A DNA stretch of 64,000 nucleotides, taken from contig OX597824.1 of the NCBI GenBank assembly GCA_951406725.2, positions 86,614,001-86,678,000 on the forward strand, given 5' to 3'. Below, piece after piece: positions 1 through 13,746 of the stretch (within the stretch, counting starts at the first letter, position 1; the number at the start of each line of letters is the position of its first letter). The notes under the pieces were generated by a model, which searched no databases, was not told where the DNA came from, and saw only the letters and a program-made list of their open reading frames with translations. This DNA is from Octopus vulgaris. Lineage: Eukaryota. The translations under genes and the position numbers were made by a program.

Positions 1-589
1 AAATCCCTCAGTAATTATAATTACTGAGAACCTAGGACATAATTTATTGATTAGTTCACTAGTATTGACATATTTAATGCTGAGAAATTAATTGAAAATC
101 TTACTAAAAGTAAATATGTTGTGAGATAAAGAAAACATTTAATTAGTCAATCATCGTTATTTTGATTGAGAATGGTGGTTGTTGTTTGTGCTTAGCTCCA
201 TGTCAGTCCTGACTGAGTCAACCAATGATGAAAGTAGTCCAGCCAGGGCTACCAAGCTCACCCCTATTTTTTTCTTTTTTTTTGGTGGGGAGAAATCTAA
301 GGTATGGAAAACCAAAGGTTTTCCATACCTTAGAACTCACAGAAAAATTTGAAATTTTATAACTGTAATTCAACTGTGAAGTATAATTACAATTTGTGCT
401 TTATATTTTATGAAAGTCCTTCTGGCACTCAAAACAATAGTTCATGTAGCAAAACCAAAGGAAATTCGTATAAATAAAATACATGGACAGCTTTTAATGT
501 CATACCTTTCCCTGAGACATTAAACTAATTGAAGCATTTCTATTTTGCTTAATTAAAATAAGATCAGAGATTTGGTCACTTGTCTATGT

Positions 590-820
590 ATTTCTTTACT
601 GCCGACAAAGGGCTAAACATAGAGGGGACAAACAAGGACAGACAAACAGATTAAGTTGATTACATCGACCCCAGTGCGTAACTGGTACTTTATTTATCAA
701 CCCCGAAAGGATGAAAGGCAAAGTCGACCTCGGCGGAATTTGAACTCAGAACGTAACGGCGGACAAAATACGGCTACGCATTTCGCCCAGCGTGCTAACG
801 ATTCTGCCGGCTCGCCGCCT
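590..820 (-). mobile_element. tRNA-derived SINE family A (Nin/Deu-like central domain GCCTTTCATCCTTTCGGGGTCGATAAA)
   Basis: A-box/B-box-like head (GGCGAGCTGGCAGAA..GAGTTCAAATTCC). Further copies at about 1525, 6880, 19930, 21620, 21835, 33240, 41530, 44925, 51500 and 61830. Confidence 0.85.
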
Positions 821-994
821 ATGAATTATCCACTGCCTAACAGAGTCCAATGTAAGTTGGTTGATGTTTGGAAGGGCATTCAACTGTAAAAACCCTGCCA
901 AAACAGACAGTGAAGCCTGGTGCAGTCTCCTGCCTAGCCTAGCCAGCTCCTGTCAAACCGTCCAACCCATGCCAGCATGGAAAACGAATATTAA

Positions 995-1215
995 CCCTTT
1001 AGTGTTCACATTATTCTGCCAAAATTAATGCTTCTTTATCCACATTGCTTTGAACTAATCATGCATTATCTTGTAGCTATGAGGTTTTGATGAGGTAGCT
1101 GTTAATTTTTAAAACGATATTGTAGGGTTGGTGCGAGAGACCAGATTTGGCCAGTTTCAACATAAAACAGGCAGAATACTTTTGGCCGGATATGGTCGGT
1201 TTAAATGCTAAAGGG
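995..1215 (+). mobile_element. piggyBac-type MITE family E1
   Basis: TTAA|CCCTTTAG...CTAAAGGG|TTAA. Copies at 38958-39579, 43722-43942 and 50096-50322. Confidence 0.85.
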
Positions 1216-2159
1216 TTAAATGATGATGATGAAAAAGAAGATGAGCTGGAAGAATAGTTAGAGTGCTGGGAAAATGCTTTGTGGTATTTCTCCTGACTCA
1301 TAATGTTCTGTGATTTATGGATCTTTTCGGGATCAATTAAAGAAGGTATTGGGGTTGACTTGCCCTCTCCCTTAAAAATTGCTGGCCTTGTGGCAAAATT
1401 AGAAAGAATATACATATATATATGTAAGCACAATACTCAGATTTATAGGGATGTGTATATATGTCTTTACTACCCACAAGGGTCTAAACACAGAGGGGAC
1501 AAATAAGGACAGACAAACGGATTAAGGCAAATTGCTTAGCGGTATTTCATCTGCTGCTACGTTCTGAGTTCAAATTCCGCTGAGGTTGACTTTGCCTTTC
1601 ATCCTCCCGGGGTCAATTAAATAAGTACCAGTTACGCACTGGGGTCGATGTAATCGACTTAATCCGTTTGTCTGTCATTGTTTGTCCCCTCTGTGTGTAA
1701 CCCCTTGTGGGCAATAAAGAAATAAGACAAAGATATCACTGATTGCACTTCCATTTCATTTCATTTTTCTTTTACACCTATTTGCATACATCACGCTGCA
1801 GGACTTAACTTTGACTTAAATCTACTAATTGTCCACGAGCTGTGCTGATGAAATATACCAATATCAAACCATGCGTATGGAGACGATGAAAACAAAAATG
1901 AAAAGAAACAACAATATAGACTAGAATACTTAACTTTAATTAGATTTCAACCTTCATGCTATGCTTTACATTGAAGATGGGTAAAAAAAAATCCTTTTTG
2001 TAAATACAATACAGAATGCTAAACTTTTTGGGTATGAATTTTCATACTATGAATTATATTAAACAATAAATTAATTCTATCCTGCAAAGAGAGGGAAAAA
2101 AACCGGAAATTATCCTACAAACTGTAGGAAATGAAAGATATGTCATGTGAATGATACCT

Positions 2160-2196
<37 letters not shown>

Positions 2197-2198
<2 letters not shown>

Positions 2199-2497
2199 TC
2201 CTTCTCGAACCATGCCTGGCTCATAAGGGCCGGTTTCCCGGTTTCTTGGCATATAAGTTCCCCACCTGGATGGGACGCCGGTCCGTCGCAGGTGAGCTGC
2301 AAGATGCAGGAGGAAAGAATGAGAGAAAGTTGTGGCGAAAGAGTCAGCAGAAGTTTCGCCATTACCTTCTGCCAGAGCTGCGTGGAGCTTAGGTGTTTCA
2401 CTCATAAACACACACACATCACCCGGTCTGAGATTCGAACCCACGATCCCTCGACCGCGAGTCCGCTGCTCTAACCACTAGGCCATGTGCCTCCACA
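2197..2497 (-). mobile_element. tRNA-Arg-like SINE family D (V-domain-like CCTGCGACGGACCGGCGTCCCATCCAGG)
   Basis: Head TGGCCTAGTGGTTAGAGCAGCGGACTCGCGGTC..GGTTCGAATC. Copies at 23084, 24029 and 62261. Confidence 0.85.
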
Positions 2498-3779
2498 ATG
2501 ATAACTTGCTCTGAACTCTGCCCTATCGTGATATCTCAATATAACCAATACTAATCCCTTATACAGCAGTGTAAAGAAAAAGGTGAAGTCATAGCCTTTC
2601 ACACCCAAGGGATAAAAATAAAAACAAAAACATTGTTGACCTTCAAATGAAATATTACAGTTGGTGGTTCAGTGGAAATGTAGAAGAGTAAATTTTTCAA
2701 GATGACTACCAGAAGGAATGAAGAAACTAACAGGTCTTTTAAAATTTTTATTTTTAAACTTAATAAGGGTTGGAATTAAGATATGAAGGGCTGCAGGCAT
2801 CTATGAAAGTAGTGGTAAAATAATTTTTTTTTTTTTTGCTGGTGTGTCCAAAGTAGAAATTGTTTTTACTAAGCAATGTAAGCAGGAGATATAAATGATT
2901 GTTTGAACTATAATATATGGCTAGAGCTTACATCATCGACTTCAGATAGTATAAATGGGTAAATAATTACAAAGCAGAAAATTTTGTATAAAAACAAAGA
3001 TTCTTTCCTTCAGTAGGTCAATGACGTATGGCACTTTCACTTCACCGTTTCCTAGATTCTCCATCTAGGAAAAAAAAACTTAAGATGATATTCTTTAAAA
3101 ATTCAACAGAGATTAGAGTCTTTTAGGATTGACGTGGTGATAAGTTAACCATGAAAAGGAAAATGATCAATCAAAATTACATTAATTAAGAGTTTAAAAA
3201 AAAGAAAGGTAGCCTGTAAAATATTCAATGATTTGCTTGTTTTCCAGACAGAGCAATGTTTGACTTGATCATACAAGAGTCGGCCTTCTAGCTTGAAGGT
3301 GTTCAATTTCTATCCATTTTTTAAAGTCCCAATTACTCAGTTTAAGAATAGATACTAAGATAAATTATCAGTATATGAATGTATATAAATTCCCTACAAT
3401 AAAACAGTGCGAGAGAAAACCAGTTATTAAACATATACAAGTAAATTTACCAATGTACAAAGCTATGACACATAACACTGAGATCTTGTACTTATCTATA
3501 CCAATCCTTATATTAAAAGTAATTTTGCTCTTAATATAACTATCATTAAAAGAAAAGGGGGGAAAAAAATGATAATTTTCACAGTAACGAGGCAGTTTCA
3601 CATAAATATTTTATCATGTATTAAACTTTATAAAGTTTCGTCAATTCAACCAATTTCTTTTTTCCAAGCGAATTAGTCACTTACTTAAAAAAAAAAAAAA
3701 GATAGAATTCTTTATACTTTAACTACAATAACTAAATGTCATCTTTACACAAGACAAACAAAAATATAAAGGTTTACAT

Positions 3780-3813
3780 GGAATATATACATGTGTATGT
3801 ATGTATGTGTGTG

Positions 3814-3873
<60 letters not shown>

Positions 3874-4317
3874 TATACATACACATATATATACAAACAA
3901 ACATATATATATACATATATATGCATACATATATATACATATATATGCATACATATATATACATATATATGCATACATATACATATATATGCATACATAT
4001 ACATATATATGCATACATATACATATATATGCATACATATATATACATATATACGCATACATATATATACATATATACGCATACATATATATACATATAT
4101 ACGCATACATATATATACATATATACGCATACATATATATACATATATACGCATACATATATATACATATATACGCATACATATATATATATATGCATAC
4201 ATACATATACATATATATGCATACATACATATACATATATATGCATACATACATATACATATATATGCATACATACATATACATATATATGCATACATAC
4301 ATATACATATATATATG

Positions 4318-4357
<40 letters not shown>

Positions 4358-4493
4358 TATGCATACATATATATGCTTACATATATACATACATATATAT
4401 GCATACATATATACATACATATATATGCATACATATATACATACATATATATGCATACATATATACATATCATATATATGCATACATATATAC

Positions 4494-4531
<38 letters not shown>

Positions 4532-4572
4532 GCATACATATATACATATCATATACATGCATACATATATAC

Positions 4573-4608
<36 letters not shown>

Positions 4609-4655
4609 GCATACATATATACATATCATATACATGCATACATATATATATATAC

Positions 4656-4690
<35 letters not shown>

Positions 4691-4741
4691 CGTACATATA
4701 CACACATACATATACACACATACATATACACACATACATAT

Positions 4742-4784
<43 letters not shown>

Positions 4785-4820
4785 TACATATATATATATA
4801 CATACACACACACACATATA
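3780..4820. repeat. Compound (TA)/(CA)/(TACA) microsatellite with 18-24-bp higher-order units
   Basis: Seen directly. Confidence 0.97.
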
Positions 4821-5236
4821 AGATCTGTTTCAAAATATATAAAGTGAAGCAGATTATAAATCAGGACAAATACGACCGTGAAGGGTTTAAATCAAATAGG
4901 GTAGAATAAATAAAATAAAATAAAAACTAATAAAGTAAAATAAGGATGGATTAAGATGGGAAAAGCAGAATTAAGATGTGAGTCTACCAAAACATCATCA
5001 TTTAATGGTGTTTTCCATGCTGGCATGGGTTGGACAGCTTGACAGCAATTGGCTTGACAGCAATGTTTTGACTTGGCTTCTACAGCTGGATGTTCTTCCT
5101 AATGTCAACCACTTTACAGAATCTGTTGAGTGCTTTTACGCGGCACCAGCATATGCACCATTGATTTTTAAATAGCCCCTTGGTTTTAGGATCTCGGTTC
5201 TGTTGTGGTGGGCAAGTCTACTTGAGTGCAGCAATG

Positions 5237-5727
5237 TTCCACACATCTGAGCCCTCCGTTGTCTCCTTTGTCAGGCTTAGCATTTTGAGATCGGCCCTCA
5301 ATAGTTTGTCCCATGTCTTCCTGGGTATCCCTCTTCCACACATCTGAGCCCTCCGTCATCTCCTTCGTAAGGCTTAGCATTTTGAGATCGGCCCTCAATA
5401 GTTTGTCCCATGTCTTCCTGGGTATCCCTCTTCCACACATCTGAGCCCTCCGTCATCTCCTTCGTAAGGCTTAGCATTTTGAGATCGGCCCTCAATAGTT
5501 TGTCCCATGTCTTCCTGGGTATCCCTCTTCCACACATCTGAGCCCTCCGTTGTCTCCTTTGTCAGGCTTAGCATTTTGAGATCGGCCCTCAATAGTTTGT
5601 CCCATGTCTTCCTGGGTATCCCTCTTCCACACATCTGAGCCCTCCATCATCTCCTTCGTAAGGCTTAGCATTTTGAGATCGGCCCTCAATACTTTGTCCT
5701 ATGTCTTCCTGGGTCTCCCTCTTCCAC
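5237..5727 (-). repeat. Five tandem 97-bp units derived from an RTE LINE 3' end
   Basis: Units start at 5237, 5334, 5431, 5528 and 5625. The minus strand encodes the RTE-like C-terminus CGRGIPRKTWDKLLRADLKMLSLTKEMTEGSDVW. Confidence 0.9.
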
Positions 5728-8551
5728 AACTTCCCTCCACTTCAAATGATCAACACTTCTTTCAGCAACTATGAAAATCAAAACCCCGTGCTAGCGGAGT
5801 GCAAGGAGCACTATACAAGTGTGATCCTTGACAGAACAGCCAACCGGCTTCTGTGCCAGTGGCACTTAAAAGGTACCATTCGAGTGTGATCGTTACCAGC
5901 ATCGCCTTACTGGCACTCGAGCCCCGTGCTAGTAGGGTATTAAGAGCACCATCCAAGCATGATCGTTGCTAGAGCGGCTATTTGGCCTCCATGCCGGTGG
6001 CACATAAAGACACCATTCGAGGCATGATCGTTACCAGCATCGCCTTACTGGCACCTGTGCTGATGGCATGTTTAAAAGATTTGAGCGAGGTCGTTGCCAG
6101 TACTGCCTGACCAGCCCCATGCCCGTGGCATGTAAAAGCACCCACTACACTCTCGGAGTGGTTGGCGTTAGGAAAAGTATCCAGATGTAGAAACTCTGCC
6201 AGATCAAGATTGGAGCCTGGTGGAGCCATCTGGTTCGCCAGTCCTCAGTCAAATCGTCCAACCCATGCTAGCATGGAAAGCGGATGTTAAACGATGATGA
6301 TGATGATGATCTTTATCTATCTGCATTACATGACCAAACCAGTGCAGTCGTCTCTCTTGCACACTGCACCTAATTCCTCTCAATACACTAATGCTCTGTT
6401 GCACATGCACACAGACGATGCACATTCAGCAGAGCATATCACCTTTGTTCCTCTCCAGCCTTTGCATGTCCTTTGCCATGCAGCATTGCAGTTTGTACAT
6501 ATGCATTATATAATACTCTTTTACTTGCTTCAGTCATTTGACTGTGGCCATGCTGGAGCACCACCTTTTTAGTCGAGCGAATCGACCCCAGGACTTATTC
6601 TTTGGAAGCCTAGTACTTATTCTATCGGTCTCTTTTGCCGAACCGCTAAGTTACGGGGACGTAAACACACCAGCATTGGTTGTCAAGCGATGTTGGGGTG
6701 GACAAACACAGACACACAAACATACACACACACACACACATACATATACTTACACATACATATATACGACAGGCTCCTTTCAGTTTCTGTCTACCAAATC
6801 CACTTGCAAGGCTTTGGACAGCCCAAGGCTATAGTAGAAGACACTTGCCCAAGGTGCCACGCAGTGGGACTGAACCCACAAGGGGCTAAACAAGGACAGA
6901 CAAAGGGATTAAGTCGATTACATTGACCCCAGTGGGAAACTGGTACTTATTATATATTTCTTTACTGCCCACAAGGGGCTAAACATAGAGGGGACAAACA
7001 AGGACAGACAAACGGATTAAGTCGATTATATCGACCCCAGTGCATAACTGGTACTTTATTTAACGACCCCGAAATGATGAAAGGCAAAGTTGACCTCGGC
7101 AGAATTTGCTACTTATTATATTATATTCTTCTCTTGCTGCCCATGCAATCTTACAACCCACTCCCATCTACTCCCCTTTTGCCTTGAAGGCCCACCTGGA
7201 CACCTCATCTCAAATATCTCTTTGCAGTTCCTATTGATTATTCCCTCCTCCAACTAAATCTGAGTAACCATGCAGTCCCTCTACAAGAACCTGCTCTACC
7301 CCCTCACTTCTCCTGCACTTTAATCCCTTGTCCCCTCAGGGTTTGTAATCTTGCAACCTGCACGGTGACTTCAAACATTGTGAAGTGGTTGTTGTTAGGA
7401 AGGGCCATCCATATGTAGAAACAATGCCTGAGTAGACACCAAGGCACAATGCAGCCCTTAGACCCACAGGATTTTGTCAAACCGTCAAATCGATGCCAAC
7501 GTGGAACATGGATATTAAAAAGGAGATGATGGTCATATATCATATATAATATTCCCTAATTACGCTATCACCGTTTAACTCATATGTAATCGCCTCCTAA
7601 TTCTGCTTTTCACCTCCACTTTCATTTTCGCTTTATTGATTTTTATTTTGATGAAAACCCTTCTTCGTTATAATCGTCCTGGTCTATAATCGGTTCTGCA
7701 TTATTCGTATGTCTTGTTCTGCTAATATATAAGTACATATATTCTTTAAGTAAGAGAACCGGTTAAATATTTTGCTTTTTTTTTCTATTTAATTAATCTG
7801 TTATTTCATACTACGATGGCTGAAGAGAAAAAGCCTCTCGCCAGGCATAAATGAATCTCTTTTCTCCATTAAAGTCTTTTGTTTAAAAAAAAAAAATCTA
7901 AATTGTTTACATAAATAAAAAAAAAAATTACTGTAATCGATACAAAAACATTTGAGCAATCCGCGATAAAATAATTAAAGTACAGTTGTTATTTCATCGT
8001 AATAATCTTTGGGTTTGTGATATGTAAAACAACACCGAAGCATCATTTTATAAACTATATATTGAAATAACAGAGCGGCGGGAAGTTATATAGACATTTA
8101 CATAATGAAGTTACGACCGATAAATTGGTAATTAAATACAATTAAGTAAAAATTAATTATTTCAGAAAATCTTACATTTTGCAAAGAGTCTACTCTTTCA
8201 CCTGTAAGAAAATCTAATTTTCCATTTCAATCTTTGTAAATATTAAATATAAATATAAATATTAAATATTAAATATAAATATAAATATTAAATAATATAA
8301 ATATTAAATAAGAATAATTTTGTGAAAATAAAAATTAAAAAAATTAAATATTTGTATTGACAAAAAAAATTGTTTTGGAATGACTGCCAGAAAAAAAGTT
8401 TAAATAATACATGTTAATGTTAGAACTTACAGTTTAAGAGGAGTTTACTTGCAAAATAAACCATGAAACGAAACAGATCTTAAATGAGAGAAAGAAAAAA
8501 AGAAAGTCCTCAGTAACACATGTCTATGGATGAACCGAATGGTGCTAAATG

Positions 8552-10606
8552 TCAGAACTCCAAGCCAGTATCCATCTCGAAATTGTAACCATAAAAGTCT
8601 TCATCATATTCGTAATCGTTATTGTCCGAATCTTGTTCTTCATCATTAGAAGTCCCGCTGTCCTCTGTATCACACACTGACACCTGCATATTAACATGCA
8701 AGGCCGTCGCATAAGAATCGTCGTATGTGTCATAACTTTCTAACAAATCAAGGATACTTGATGATAATAATCCTGATGTTACCATAGAAACATGGTCAAT
8801 TGGAGGTGGAGTGTGAGCCAATGCCATGGGGAGAGTTTCAGATACTTCGTAAATTGTTGTGGTATATGGAGCTTCATTGTTCAACACAAATATACTATGA
8901 CTGGTAGAAGCTTGCAATTGATATCCGTAAAGCTGAGCATTATGATCAGAAAACGAACCCGGCACAGGAATCCGTCGAAGTGAAGTTACCCATTTGCCCC
9001 TAGTTTCATCTAACACCAGGGCCGGTTTTCCAGGAAGGTACACGAACACTGTATCTTCTCTAATACACATGATGTAAGGCCTTGCAAAATCATCATAAGT
9101 GATATCGGGTGCAGGAATATCCCAGCTAGAAAATTGTTTCATCTTCGCATCGAACATTGCAAAGCCAACAGATTTCTTGATGCAAAATTCCTCGGATGGA
9201 CCCGTTCGGTGACGGTACCAAAGATAAATGAATTGGTTGTTTTTCACTACAGCTCGTGCCAAACTAATAATCCTGGAACTCGGTATATGATAACATGAAT
9301 AAAGATGCGTTTGCAAGTTACAAAGGAAAAGGTGTCCGGTACCTTCTTTATTTCCAATGACAAAGAAATGATTGTTGCAGTAAACTATGGCAGGAGGTAC
9401 CGTTCGATAGTTTGTCAATGTTGTTCTATAACTTGGGTTATAGTAGTCGACAGTTCTAAAAGAGTACAAAGTGGTTTTTTGGGTTTGTAAATCTATGGCA
9501 ATCACATTAATTTTAAGCATATCAGTAGGATAGGGGAAACTAGAACATAGATAAAGATATAATTGACTTTTGTTCAGCAGGACATTGCATAAGGACTGCC
9601 GTGGCGGGATGAGTTGCAGCAAACGTTCTTTTGGAATTGGCATGCAGTACCACTTCTGCTCAGAAATGTTGTAAACTATAAGCTTAAAAAACTTCATACC
9701 TTGATTCCACACTACAGCAAGTAACACCTGCTGACTATGTTCAAATCCATGTGAAGTGTTTTCGGAAAAAATAGCACTGGCTTCCATTGTTTTATTCGAC
9801 GGAATTTCTTCGGAAGACCCGTGGTATGAATGCCACAGGCTAGCCATCCCAGTTCTGGCAAGAGCCCGGCCAAAGAAAGGTGCTTCGTTTATCAGATCGC
9901 ATACCCAAACTTTGATGCACAAATTTAATTCTTCTAGAAATTGCTTACGCCCGTCGGGCTCATATTCAACCCAACGATGAATCAATTTCTTAAGGTCTTT
10001 GTGCCGAGTATGTTGTACAACAGACGGGTTTTCTAATAAAACTAGTAAGCAAGACACAGACAGTTCGAGGATGTCATCGTGAAATATCAAATAGTCATGG
10101 AATCGCGCTTCAATTATTTTTTGACAATATTCTTTCACTTCGTGTAGGCTATGGTCTTCTGCTAGGAATCGAACGCGCAGGCAATTGTTTAAATCGAGAT
10201 TCCCGAGATCCAAATAGAACTGTCGGCAGAAGTCTTTGACATCGTCCAATAAAAGGAAATCGGCAATGCGAAGGACATCCTCGACATTATCCAATGTGAG
10301 GGCAATTGTCCCAGTGTATATATAGTCGAGGACGCTTGCAAATACACTGTCTCTCTGCAATGAAAGCGACTCGGAGAGGTCTACCTCTCTGGTTGTCTTC
10401 TCTTTCATGTCGCAAGTAAACATAGATAAAAAATAAGGACTCCATAGGGCAAGAATAGCCCTATGGGCTTGAAAACACTGACCGTGTAATTTGAGGACAA
10501 CATCACATAATTCTCCAGTCTCTCTCTGTTTCAACAGTGGCCGTATAATGAATTCATGAACATTTTTAGAGAAGTGTTTTCGCGTGGCTTTCATGTAGTG
10601 AGACAT
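8552..10606 (-). CDS. Single-exon BTB/POZ-BACK protein (KLHL/KBTBD-like architecture, divergent C-terminal beta-rich domain, acidic tail), 684 aa
   Basis: Uninterrupted 2-kb ORF. BTB signatures LCDVVLKL..FQAHRAILALWSPYFLSMF, VLDYIYTG, ADFLLL are followed by a BACK-like segment (LDLNNCL..FLAEDHSL..RWVEYE). First ATG is at 10606 (the ORF track starts at an upstream GTG) and an in-frame TAA lies at 10652-10654. Confidence 0.93.
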   Translation of the reverse strand: MSHYMKATRKHFSKNVHEFIIRPLLKQRETGELCDVVLKLHGQCFQAHRAILALWSPYFLSMFTCDMKEKTTREVDLSESLSLQRDSVFASVLDYIYTGTIALTLDNVEDVLRIADFLLLDDVKDFCRQFYLDLGNLDLNNCLRVRFLAEDHSLHEVKEYCQKIIEARFHDYLIFHDDILELSVSCLLVLLENPSVVQHTRHKDLKKLIHRWVEYEPDGRKQFLEELNLCIKVWVCDLINEAPFFGRALARTGMASLWHSYHGSSEEIPSNKTMEASAIFSENTSHGFEHSQQVLLAVVWNQGMKFFKLIVYNISEQKWYCMPIPKERLLQLIPPRQSLCNVLLNKSQLYLYLCSSFPYPTDMLKINVIAIDLQTQKTTLYSFRTVDYYNPSYRTTLTNYRTVPPAIVYCNNHFFVIGNKEGTGHLFLCNLQTHLYSCYHIPSSRIISLARAVVKNNQFIYLWYRHRTGPSEEFCIKKSVGFAMFDAKMKQFSSWDIPAPDITYDDFARPYIMCIREDTVFVYLPGKPALVLDETRGKWVTSLRRIPVPGSFSDHNAQLYGYQLQASTSHSIFVLNNEAPYTTTIYEVSETLPMALAHTPPPIDHVSMVTSGLLSSSILDLLESYDTYDDSYATALHVNMQVSVCDTEDSGTSNDEEQDSDNNDYEYDEDFYGYNFEMDTGLEF

Positions 10607-11277
10607 TTCTTGCACTCCTCTTCGACAATTTAATTTAATTCGACAATTTGTTTAATTGGAGCATATGCACGTCTCTGTAGCGTCATAGTTGTATAAAATT
10701 CATCCGAAAGAACATACTTTCTAAACAATAAAATCTACTATAAAAAGGATATCATTAAAGTTACATATCAAAATTATTAATATGTAATAATAAAAGGATG
10801 TTATTCATTTGAGATTTGCGTATTTGACAACTCACATAGCAACCAAACAATCATCTTGTGTTCAAAAGATAAATCCGTGTCAAAAATTTCATAAACAGTC
10901 TTCATATGTTTATATACTGCTTCATTCTTTACAAGTATCATGACATCCCGTGGTATTTGTCAAAAATTCAGCCGAGCTCCTACTAGAGCACTAAGCAGAG
11001 ATAACTCTGATTTACGAACACTAATCATAAACTATTTTATAATATTGGTGTCATAATTGCTAATTAAAGCGATTGTTTTGTATTTAAAATAATAATAATA
11101 ATAATAAATGTCTGTTTGTCTGGATATCAATTAATTCAGATAATTATTTATGTTAAATGGACAATGTCCAGCCTAACATAATCTATTATCATTCTTTTCG
11201 GCATTGTTATTAAATTTATATACTCATTTCCAAATCCGACTCTTCGTAACTCCCGGGAGCTAGCCATTTAAAGATAT

Positions 11278-11324
11278 ACATACATTACATGCATATATAT
11301 ATACATACATATTTATTATATATG

Positions 11325-11399
<75 letters not shown>

Positions 11400-11465
11400 T
11401 ATATAGATATGGCTTATAAACACCTTCCACACTGCAATTGTTATATATATATATATATATATATC
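11278..11465. repeat. (TA)n microsatellite
   Basis: Seen directly. Confidence 0.95.
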
Positions 11466-13451
11466 GATACTTTTTATTAAGTTTCATGTAATATTTCATG
11501 CACAAAAATAAATATAAGATTGATTAATATATATTGCTGTTGTTTTATTAATAATCTATCTCAGCATTTTTGTATTGAAAAAATAAACGAGCTGATGTAA
11601 ATAACTCAGGTAAGTCAACGGTATGAATTTGAGCAATTAAATGGAAGCGATGAACTGAAATGAACGATGCACACAAATAAATTCTTAATTGATATTATAA
11701 TTTGAACTGGAAAATGAAAGTAAAATAATTACAAGCCTAGTGGCAGGTGTCAGTAGCTTTCATAGAGCAGGGGAGATAAATTTTTAAGACGTGCAGAATT
11801 AATTTCTGTAGTTAATTTAAATACTTGGGGCTGTCCGAACTTTGCCAACTGCTTAGACCGAAATAATTTTTCGTAATCAAAAATAAAATGATCTAAAAAG
11901 AAAACAAGGAAAAATCAAGCATGACTTTAGATAATTGATTGTGCACTGTATTCAGTATATCACCTTTAAACCTGCTGGATTGATCTTCGTTTATGAACTA
12001 AAATCTCGCCCTTAAATTTTTTTAATTAACTTCAGCAATAAATAGGGTGCTAGTCTTTTAAGTTTCACGATTGCACTGCAAATATATAGAATTATGACAC
12101 CAGCTTTTCGCTTTTATTGCATTATTATATAAGCAAGGGATTTAAATTGTATTGTTGATTTTAATGAATATAAACAAAAATCTATACAGTTCTTTACATC
12201 GATTTGGCATCGATTTTATTAAAACTGTGGATTCAAGATAGTGATAACAGGCAAAGTTGTTGGGTTTTTTTTTTGGTTTTTTTTTTGCATGGTGTCATCA
12301 GCTGTATTCTTCACATAATTATTCATATGTATAAATAAGAATTCAGTACTGCAATCAGAGGAAACTCAAGATGATCGACCTCCTAGAAATAGCAGCCAAA
12401 TCTCTCGAATCATACCTTAGCATTTTATAAAAATAAAAAAAACATACTGGTCAGTACAATCATAAATATACAAAACAAACGAGATGGTCACAGCTGGAAT
12501 ACCTCTGCCTCTAATCCTAGTCAACCAGAGCTAAACTGGGCTTAGACACTTACAACAGCTAAAATAGCTTTCATAATATATATTTTGCATCCATTTATGT
12601 ATCTATGACATGTGTTCTGTCAATTCTTTGTTGATTGCTCTTTGGCCCTTGATTTTATAAAAGAGCTAAATTGGTGAGAGGTATCATACTCCTTGGATTT
12701 TCTCTGCTGATCCTTCATACAACCTAAGCCCACATCAATAAATTGGTGGACAAGCAGCTGCACGAATGTACAGGTAAAGAAAACTACCAACAAAACTTAC
12801 CAGTCACCCCCATCGGCTAGGAGATAATCACCTACCATTGCAACACTTGTAAAATGAAGGAGCATGTACGTTAAGATTTCACCTGCTAGAAATAGTAGCC
12901 AAATTTTCTCTTATCTTATAAAGAAGACACATTGACTAATGTAGTCCTAAATATTAAAAAAAAATGCCACCACCCCACATAAAAAATGAGATAGTCATGA
13001 TTGGAATGCGTTCAATCAAAAGTTAACTCTCTCTCTCAGAGGTAAATAACAGTAAAACCTACAAGGTAGCCATTCAAGAAAGCAAAGAAAATGACACACC
13101 CTGCAAGTGTCCTTCATCTCCTAAATTGTAGCCAGATTTTAGTCCTTTACCAAAAAGATTTACACTAACTTCTTAGATGCCAGAATACTGCAAATAGTAC
13201 AACTACAAATGAAACTTGATACAGGTACAACAGCAACTTTCTGGATACAGATAGTCCAGAACCTCTTATAATCTGCACTAATCTACAATCAGGAACTTCA
13301 GTGGAGGCACAATGGCCTAGTGGTTAGGGCAGCAGATTCGCGGTCGGAGGATCGCGGTTTCGAATCCCAGACCAGGCATTGTGTGTGTTTATTGAGCGAA
13401 AGGTCAGCAGGTAAGGTCTCTGTATTTCTTTCTCCCCTTTGCTTCTTATTT

Positions 13452-13746
13452 TGTTATGGGCCGAAATATCTTGTAGAGTGATGGAGGAAAAAGACGACAG
13501 TAAAAGAAGCAAGAGGGAGAAAGAAATGCAGAGACCTTACCTGTTGACCTAGGTGGGATGAGCGATCACTGTCAAGAATAAACATGTCCTTGCACGCTGC
13601 TGTCTCTCAACGAACTGCCCGCACGTGCTTTTTTTCCCCATGCATGCTCCTGTGGCTCATCTGCTGGCCCCTGCAGTCTTCACTTCCATCTACCTCATCT
13701 GCAATCCTCTCCACCAACACCACATAGCTCATCACAGCCCATAACA
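13452..13746 (+). mobile_element. Probable solo LTR (295 bp)
   Basis: TGTTATGGG...CCCATAACA terminal inverted 9-mer (TG..CA) and an internal AATAAA. No clear TSD. Confidence 0.6.

Noticed and set aside
1840-1885. CTGATGA followed by a small hairpin (a similar case at about 7649)
   Set aside because: GAAA is absent and there is no stem I; at most a decayed remnant.
2420-2497. tRNA-Arg-like sequences (also at 13301, 24030, 39380 and 62780)
   Set aside because: They are SINE heads without a closed acceptor stem, not tRNA genes.
2990-3090. Good minus-strand acceptor (poly-T cctag) with a short reading frame
   Set aside because: No recognisable homology and no partner exons found.
3719-4909. 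Long Y/I/M/C/H-rich ORFs (also at 47054-48183 and 52931-53905)
   Set aside because: Translations of (TA/CA)n microsatellites that lack stop codons in most frames.
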